From NCBI RefSeq assembly GCF_009914755.1, contig NC_060935.1: a stretch of DNA of 64,000 nt; one strand, 5' to 3'. Below the pieces are notes generated by a model. The model saw only the letters and a program-made list of their open reading frames with translations, ran no database searches and was not told the DNA's origin. Shown piece after piece: positions 55,901 through 64,000 of this stretch. The stretch comes from the human T2T-CHM13v2.0 reference genome, Homo sapiens. The first letter of the stretch is position 1. Each line of letters starts with the position of its first letter. Both the position numbers and the translations under genes were made by a program.

Positions 55901-58900
55901 TTATGGAAGCATTCTCAGAAACTACTTTGTGATGATTGCATTCGACTCACAGAGTTGAACATTCCTATAGATAGAGCAGGTTGTAAACAATCTTTTTGTA
56001 GAATCTGCGATTGGAGATTTGGACTGCTTTGTGGCCTACTGTAGTAAAGGAAATAACTTCATCTAAAAACCAAACGGAAGCATTCACAGACAATTCTTAG
56101 TGATCATTGCATTGAACTAACAGAGCTGAACATTCCTTTAGATGGCGCAGTTTCCAAACACACTTTCTGTAGAATCTGCAAGTGGATATTTGGACCTCTC
56201 TGAGGATTTCGTTGGAAACGGGATAAACTTCCCAGAACTACACGGAAGCATTGTGAGAAACTTCTTTGTGATGTTTGCATTCAACTCACAGAGTTGAACC
56301 TTGCTTTCATAGTTCAGCTTTCAAACACTCTTTTTGTAGAATCTGCAAGTGGATATTTGGACCACTTTGTGGCCTTCCTTCGAAACGGGTATATCTTCAC
56401 ATCAAACCTAGACAGAAGCATTCTCAGAATGTTTCCTGTGACGACTGCATTCAACTCACAGAGGTGAACAATCCTGCTGATGGAGCAGTTTTGAAACTCT
56501 CTTTCTTTGGATTCTGCAAGTGGATATGTGGACCTCTGTGAAGATTTCGTTGGAAACGGGTTCATCTTCACAGAAAAACTAAACAGGAGCATTCTCAGAA
56601 ACTGCTTTGTGATGTTTGTGTTCCACTTCAGGAATTGAACTTTCCTCTTGACAGAGCAGCTCTGAAACCCTCTTATTCTAGAATCTGCAAGTGGACATTT
56701 GGAGGGCTTTGAGGCCTGTGGTGGAAAAGGAAAATCTTCACATAAAAACTAGATGGAAGCATTCTCAGAAACTACTTTGTGATGATTGCATTCGACTCAC
56801 AGAGTTGAACATTCCTATAGATAGAGCAGGTTGTAAACAATCTTTTTGTAGAATCTGCGATTGGAGATTTGGACTGCTTTGAGGCCTACTGTAGTAAAGG
56901 AAATAACTTCATCTAAAAACCAAACGGAAGCATTCACAGACAATTCTTAGTGATCATTGCATTGAACTAACAGAGCTGAACATTCCTTTAGATGGAGCAG
57001 TTTCCAAACACACTTTCTGTAGAATCTGCAAGTGGATATTTGGACTTCTCTGAGGATTTCGTTGGAAACGGGATAAACTTCCCAGAACTACACGGAAGCA
57101 TTGTGAGAAACTTCTTTGTGATGTTTGCATTCAACTCACAGAGTTGAACCTTGCTTTCATAGTTCAGCTTTCAAACACTCTTTTTGTAGAATCTGCAAGT
57201 GGATATTTGGACCACTTTGTGGCCTTCCTTCGAAACGGGTATATCTTCACATCAAACCTAGACAGAAGCATTCTCAGAATGTTTCCTGTGAAGACTGCAT
57301 TCAACTCACAGAGATGAACAATCCTGTTGATGGAGCACTTTGGAAACTCTCTTTCTTTGGATTCTGCAAGTTGATATGTGGACCTCTGTGAAGATTTCGT
57401 TGGAAACGGGTTCATCTTCACAGAAAAACTAAACAGAAGCATTCTCAAAAACTACTTTGTGATATTTGTGTTCCACTTCAAGAATTGAACTTTCCTCTTG
57501 ACAGAGCAGCTCTGAAAACCTCTTTTTCTAGAATCTGCAAGTGGACATTTGGAGGGCTTTGAGGCCTGTGGTGGAAAAGGAAAATCTTCACATAAAAACT
57601 AGATGGAAGCATTCTCAGAAACTACTTTGTGATGATTGCATTCGACTCACAGAGTAGAACATTCCTATAGATAGAGCAGGTTGTAAACAATCTTTTTGTA
57701 GAATCTGCGATTGGAGATTCGGACTGCTTTGAGGTCTACTGTAGTAAAGGAAATAACTTCATCTAAAAACCAAACGGAAGCATTCACAGACAATTCTTAG
57801 TGATCATTGCATTGAACTAACAGAGCTGAACATTCCTTTAGATGGCGCAGTTTCCAAACACACTTTCTGTAGAATCTGCAAGTGGATATTTGGACCTCTC
57901 TGAGGATTTCGTTGGAAACGGGATAAACTTCCCAGAACTACACGGAAGCATTGTGAGAAACTTCTTTGTGATGTTTGCATTCAACTCACAGAGTTGAACC
58001 TTGCTTTCATAGTTCAGCTTTCAAACACTCTTTTTGTAGAATCTGCAAGTGGATATTTGGACCACTTTGTGGCCTTCCTTCGAAACGGGTATATCTTCAC
58101 ATCAAACCTAGACAGAAGCATTCTCAGAATGTTTCCTGTGATGACTGCATTCAACTCACAGAGGTGAACAATCCTGCTGATGGAGCAGTTTTGAAACTCT
58201 CTTTCTTTGGATTCTGCAAGTGGATATGTGGACCTCTGTGAAGATTTCGTTGGAAACGGGTTCATCGTCACAGAAAAACTAAACAGGAGCATTCTCAGAA
58301 ACTGCTTTGTGATGTTTGTGTTCCACTTCAGGAATTGAACTTTCCTCTTGACAGAGCAGCTCTGAAACCCTCTTATTCTAGAATCTGCAAGTGGACATTT
58401 GGAGGGCTTTGAGGCCTGTGGTGGAAAAGGAAAATCTTCACATAAAAACTAGATGGAAGCATTCTCAGAAACTACTTTGTGATGATTGCATTCGACTCAC
58501 AGAGTTGAACATTCCTATAGATAGAGCAGGTTGTAAACAATCTTTTTGTACAATCTGCGATTGGAGATTTGGACTGCTTTGAGGCCTACTGTAGTAAAGG
58601 AAATAACTTCATCTAAAAACCAAACGGAAGCATTCACAGACAATTCTTAGTGATCATTGGATTGAACTAACAGAGCTGAACATTCCTTTAGATGGAGCAG
58701 TTTCCAAACCCACTTTCTGTAGAATCTGCAAGTGGATATTTGGACTTCTCTGAGGATTTCGTTGGAAACGGGATAAACTTCCCAGAACTACACGGAAGCA
58801 TTGTGAGAAACTTCTTTGTGATGTTTGCATTCAACTCACAGAATTGATCCTAGCTTTCATAGTTCAGCTTTCAAACACTCTTTTTGTAGAATCTGCAAGT

Positions 58901-61900
58901 GGATATTTGGACCACTTTGTGGCCTTCCTTCGAAACGGGTATATCTTCACATCAAACCTAGACAGAAGCATTCTCAGAATGTTTCCTGTGATGACTGCAT
59001 TCAACTCACAGAGGTGAACAATCCTGTTGATGGAGCAGTTTTGAAACTCTCTTTCTTTGGATTCTCCAAGTGGATATGTGGACCTCTCTGAAGATTTCGT
59101 TGGAAACGGGTTCATCTTCACAGAAAAACTAAACAGAATCATTCTCAGAAACTGCTTTCTGATGTTTGTGTTCCACTTCAGGAATTGAACTTTCCTCTTG
59201 AAAGAGCAGCTCTGAAACCCTCTTTTTCTGGAATCTGCAAGTGGACATTTGGAGGGCTTTGAGGCCTGTGGTGGAAAAGGAAAATCTTCACATAAAAACT
59301 AGATGGAAGCATTCTCAGAAACTACTTTGTGATGATTGCATTCGACTCACAGAGTTGAACATTCCTATAGATAGAGCAGGTTGTAAACAATCTTTTTGTA
59401 AAATCTGCGATTGGAGATTTGGACTGCTTTGTGGCCTACTGTAGTAAAGGAAATAACTTCATCTAAAAACCAAACGGAAGCATTCACAGACAATTCTTAG
59501 TGATCATTGCATTGAACTAACAGAGCTGAACATTCCTTTAGATGGCGCAGTTTCCAAACACACTTTCTGTAGAATCTGCAAGTGGATATTTGGACTTCTC
59601 TGAGGATTTCGTTGGAAAAGGGATAAACTTCCAGAACTACACGGAAGCATTGTGAGAAACTTCTTTGTGATGTTTGCATTCAACTCTCAGAGTTGAACCT
59701 TGCTTTCATAGTTCAGCTTTCAAACACTCTTTTTGTAGAATCTGCAAGTGGATATTTGGACCACTTTGTGGCCTTCCTTCGAAACGGGTATATCTTCACA
59801 TCAAACCTAGACAGAAGCATTCTCAGAATGTTTCCTGTGATGACTGCATTCAACTCACAGAGGTGAACAATCCTGCTGATGGAGCAGTTTTGAAACTCTC
59901 TTTCTTTGGATTCTGCAAGTGGATATGTGGACCTCTGTGAAGATTTCGTTGGAAACGGGTTCATCTTCACAGAAAAACTAAACAGGAGCATTCTCAGAAA
60001 CTGCTTTGTGATGTTTGTTTTCCACTTCAAGAATTGAACTTTCCTCTTGACAGAGCAGCTCTGAAACCCTATTTTTCTAGAATCTGCAAGTGGACATTTG
60101 GAGGGCTTTGAGGCCTGTTGTGGAAATGGAAAATCTTCACATAAAAACTAGATGGAAGCATTCTCAGAAACTACTTTGTGATGATTGCATTCGACTCACA
60201 GAGTTGAACATTCCTATAGATAGAGCAGGTTGTAAACAATCTTTTTGTAGAATCTGCGATTGGAGATTTGGACTGCTTTGAGGCCTACTGTAGTAAAGGA
60301 AATAACTTCATCTAAAAACCAAACGGAAGCATTCACAGACAATTCTTAGTGATCATTGGATTGAGCTAACAGAGCTGAACATTCCTTTAGATGGAGCAGT
60401 TTCCAAACCCACTTTCTGTAGAATCTGCAAGTGGATATTTGGACTTCTCTGAGGATTTCGTTGGAAACGGGATAAACTTCCCAGAACTACAGGGAAGCAT
60501 TGTGAGAAACTTCTTTGTGATGTTTGCATTCAACTCACAGAGTTGAACCTTGCTTTCATAGTTCAGCTTTCAAACACTCTTTTTGGAGAATCTGCAAGTG
60601 GATATTTGGACCACTTTGTGGCCTTCCTTCGAAACGGGTATATCTTCACATCAAACCTAGACAGAAGCATTCTCAGAATGTTTCCTGTGATGACTGCATT
60701 CAACTCACAGAGGTGAACAATCCTGTTGATGGAGCAGTTTTGAAACTCTCTTTCTTTGGATTCTGCAAGTGGATATGTGGACCTCTGTGAAGATTTCGTT
60801 GGAAACGGGTTCATCTTCACAGAAAAACTAAACAGAAGCATTCTCAGAAACTGCTTTGTGATGTTTGTGTTCCACGTCAGGAATTGAACTTTCCTCTTGA
60901 CAGAGCAGCTCTGAAACCCTCTTATTCTAGAATCTGCAAGTGGACATTTGGAGGGCTTTGAGGCCTGTGGTGGAAAAGGAAAATCTTCACATAAAAACTA
61001 GATGGAAGCATTCTGAGAAACTACTTTGTGATGATTGCATTCGACTCACAGAGTTGAACATTCCTATAGATAGAGCAGGTTGTAAACAATCTTTTTGTAG
61101 AATCTGCGATTGGAGATTTGGACTGCTTTGAGGCCTACTGTAGTAAAGGAAATAACTTCATCTAAAAACCAAACGGAAGCATTCACAGACAATTCTTAGT
61201 GATCATTGGATTGAACTAACAGAGCTGAACATTCCTTTAGATGGAGCAGTTTCCAAACACACTTTCTGTAGAACCTGCAAGTGGATATTTGGACCTCTCT
61301 GAGGATTTCGTTGGAAACGGGATAAACTTCCCAGAACTACAGGGAAGCATTGTGAGAAACTTCTTTGTGATGTTTGCATTCAACTCACAGAGTTGAACCT
61401 TGCTTTCATAGTTCAGCTTTCAAACACTCTTTTTGTAGAATCTGCAAGTGGATATTTGGACCACTTTGTGGCCTTCCTTCGAAACGGGTATATCTTCACA
61501 TCAAACCTAGACAGAAGCATTCTCAGAATGTTTCCTGTGATGTCTGCATTCAACTCACAGAGGTGAACAATCCTGCTGATGGAGCAGTTTTGAAACTCTC
61601 TTTCTTTGGATTCTGCAAGTGGATATGTGGACCTCTGTGAAGATTTCGTTGGAAACGGGTTCATCTTCACAGAAAAACTAAACAGAAGCATTCTCAGAAA
61701 CTGCTTTGTGATGTTTGTGTTCCACTTCAGGAATTGAACTTTCCTCTTGACAGAGCAGCTCTGAAACCCTCTTATTCTAGAATCTGCAAGTGGACATTTG
61801 GAGGGCTTTGAGGCCTGTGGTGGAAAAGGAAAATCTTCACATAAAAACTAGATGGAAGCATTCTCAGAAACTACTTTGTGATGATTGCATTCGACTCACA

Positions 61901-64000
61901 GAGTTGAACATTCCTATAGATAGAGCAGGTTGTAAACAATCTTTTTGTAGAATCTGCGATTGGAGATTTGGACTGCTTTGAGGCCTACTGTAGTAAAGGA
62001 AATAACTTCATCTAAAAACCAAACGGAAGCATTCACAGACAATTCTTAGTGATCATTGGATTGAACTAACAGAGCTGAACATTCCTTTAGATGGAGCAGT
62101 TTCCAAACACACTTTCTGTAGAACCTGCAAGTGGATATTTGGACCTCTCTGAGGATTTCGTTGGAAACGGGATAAACTTCCCAGAACTACACGAAAGCAT
62201 TGTGAGAAACTTCTTTGTGATGTTTGCATTCAACTCACAGAGTTGAACCTTGCTTTCATAGTTCAGCTTTCAAACACTCTTTTTGTAGAATCTGCAAGTG
62301 GATATTTGGACCACTTTGTGGCCTTCCTTCGAAACGGGTATATCTTCACATCAAACCTAGACAGAAGCATTCTCAGAATGTTTCCTGTGATGACTGCATT
62401 CAACTCACAGAGGTGAACAATCCTGCTGATGGAGCAGTTTTGAAACTCTCTTTCTTTGTATTCTGCAAGTGGATATGTGGACCTCTGGAAAAGATTTCGT
62501 TGGAAACGGGTTCATCTTCACAGAAAAACTAAACAGAAGCATTCTCAGAAACTGCTTTGTGATGTTTGTGTTCCACTTCAGGAATTGAACTTTCCTCTTG
62601 ACAGAGCAGCTCTGAAACCCTCTTATTCTAGAATCTGCAAGTGGACATTTGGAGGGCTTTGAGGCCTGTGGTGGAAAAGGAAAATCTTCACATAAAAACT
62701 AGATGGAAGCATTCTCAGAAACTACTTTGTAATGATTGCATTCGACTCACAGAGTTGAACATTCCTATAGATAGAGCAGGTTGTAAACAATCTTTTTGTA
62801 GAATCTGCGATTGGAGATTTGGACTGCTTTGAGGCCTACTGTAGTAAAGGAAATAACTTCATCTAAAAACCAAACGGAAGCATTCACAGACAATTCTTAG
62901 TGATCATTGCATTGAACTAACAGAGCTAAACATTCCTTTAGATGGAGCAGTTTCCAAACACACTTTCTGTAGAACCTGCAAGTGGATATTTGGACCTCTC
63001 TGAGGATTTCGTTGGAAACGGGATAAACTTCCCAGAACTACACGGAAGCATTGTGAGAAACTTCTTTGTGATGTTTGCATTCAACTCACAGAGTTGAACC
63101 TTGCTTTCATAGTTCAGCTTTCAAACACTCTTTTTGTAGAATCTGCAAGTGGATATTTGGACCACTTTGTGGCCTTCCTTCGAAACGGGTATATCTTCAC
63201 ATCAAACCTAGACAGAAGCATTCTCAGAATGTTTCCTGTGATGACTGCATTCAACTCACAGAGGTGAACAATCCTGCTGATGGAGCAATTTTGAAACTCT
63301 CTTTCTTTGGATTCTGCAAGTGGATATGTGGACCTCTGTGAAGATTTCGTTGGAAACGGGTTCATCTTCACAGAAAAACTAAACAGAAACATTCTCAGAA
63401 ACTGCTTTGTGATGTTTGTGTTCCACTTCAGGAATTGAACTTTCCTCTTGACAGAGCAGCTCTGAAACCCTCTTATTCTAGAATCTGCAAGTGGACATTT
63501 GGAGGGCTTTGAGGCCTGTGGTGGAAAAGGAAAATCTTCACATAAAAACTAGATGGAAGCATTCTCAGAAACTACTTTGTGATGATTGCATTCGACTCAC
63601 AGAGTTGAACATTCCTATAGATAGAGCAGGTTGTAAACAATCTTTTTGTAGAATCTGCGATTGGAGATTTGGACTGCTTTGAGGCCTACTGTAGTAAAGG
63701 AAATAACTTCATCTAAAAACCAAACGGAAGCATTCACAGACAATTCTTAGTGATCATTGCATTGAACTAACAGAGCTGAACATTCCTTTAGATGGCGCAG
63801 TTTCCAAACACACTTTCTGTAGAATCTGCAAGTGGATATTTGGACTTCTCTGAGGATTTCGTTGGAAAAGGGATAAACTTCCCAGAACTACACGGAAGCA
63901 TTGTGAGAAACTTCTTTGTGATGTTTGCATTCAACTCACAGAGTTGATCCTAGCTTTCATAGTTCAGCTTTCAAACACTCTTTTTGTAGAATCTGCAAGT

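Larger units (their letters stand above)
1..64000 (+). repeat. D11Z1: Alpha-satellite higher-order repeat array, 850-bp pentameric HOR (~75 copies), SF3 type; most likely human chr11 active centromeric array D11Z1 (S3C11H1L)
   Basis: Seen: near-identical sequence recurs every 850 bp (ORF starts 164, 1014, 1864 and so on), with only 849-, 851- and 867-bp exceptions. Typical alphoid motifs (CATTCTCAGAAACT, TTTGTGATG, TCAACTCACAGAGTTGAAC, GAATCTGCAAGTGGATATTTGG) occur at ~171-bp spacing. Established knowledge: a 0.85-kb XbaI pentamer HOR is the defining unit of D11Z1. Alpha-satellite identity is near certain; the chromosome assignment is from recall, not a search. Confidence 0.93.

Noticed and set aside
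62224-62662. Unique 102-aa and 68-aa ORFs
   Set aside because: They are created solely by the +1 indel at ~62488 shifting frames, and are not a gene.
164-63682. About 230 short ORFs (88 aa and 63 aa on +; 60, 92, 103 and 105 aa on -) repeating every 850 bp
   Set aside because: These are chance open frames in satellite DNA. The plus-strand ORFs start at TTG/GTG, they overlap on opposite strands, they show no recognisable domain, and they are freely broken or extended by variants (e.g. 15520, 29326, 57656, 6672).
1-64000. CRISPR-like or otherwise novel repeat-spacer system
   Set aside because: There are no unique spacers, leader or associated genes. The sequence between conserved motifs is itself repeated every 850 bp, and the array is fully explained as known alpha-satellite HOR.
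1-64000. HOR structural variants (monomer gain or loss), inversions or L1/Alu insertions
   Set aside because: I looked for them and saw none. All unit spacings are 849-851 bp except one 867-bp unit, and orientation is constant throughout.

Overview
The whole 64 kb window is primate centromeric alpha-satellite DNA. It is an uninterrupted head-to-tail array of about 75 copies of an 850-bp higher-order repeat (HOR) built from five ~171-bp monomers (box-to-box spacings 167/171/171/170/171). There is one XbaI site per unit and a B-B*-B-A-A pattern of CENP-B/pJalpha boxes. This matches the suprachromosomal family 3 pentamer and most probably the active human chromosome 11 array D11Z1 (S3C11H1L). 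I see no genes, transposons, inversions, CRISPR arrays or monomer-number variants, and all listed ORFs are repeat artefacts. I did not find a previously undescribed biological system. The notable signals are mutational and evolutionary. (1) A single complex insertion at 6672-6693 contains three copies of an 8-mer that is the reverse complement of sequence just downstream, which resembles a snap-back/templated end-joining scar. (2) A lineage of HORs with a disrupted CENP-B box recurs mostly every 8 HORs (6.8 kb). (3) There are nested block duplications with offsets of 1, 4, 8 and 20 HORs. (4) A few divergent haplotype patches suggest gene conversion. All variant calls were made by eye and should be confirmed by alignment.
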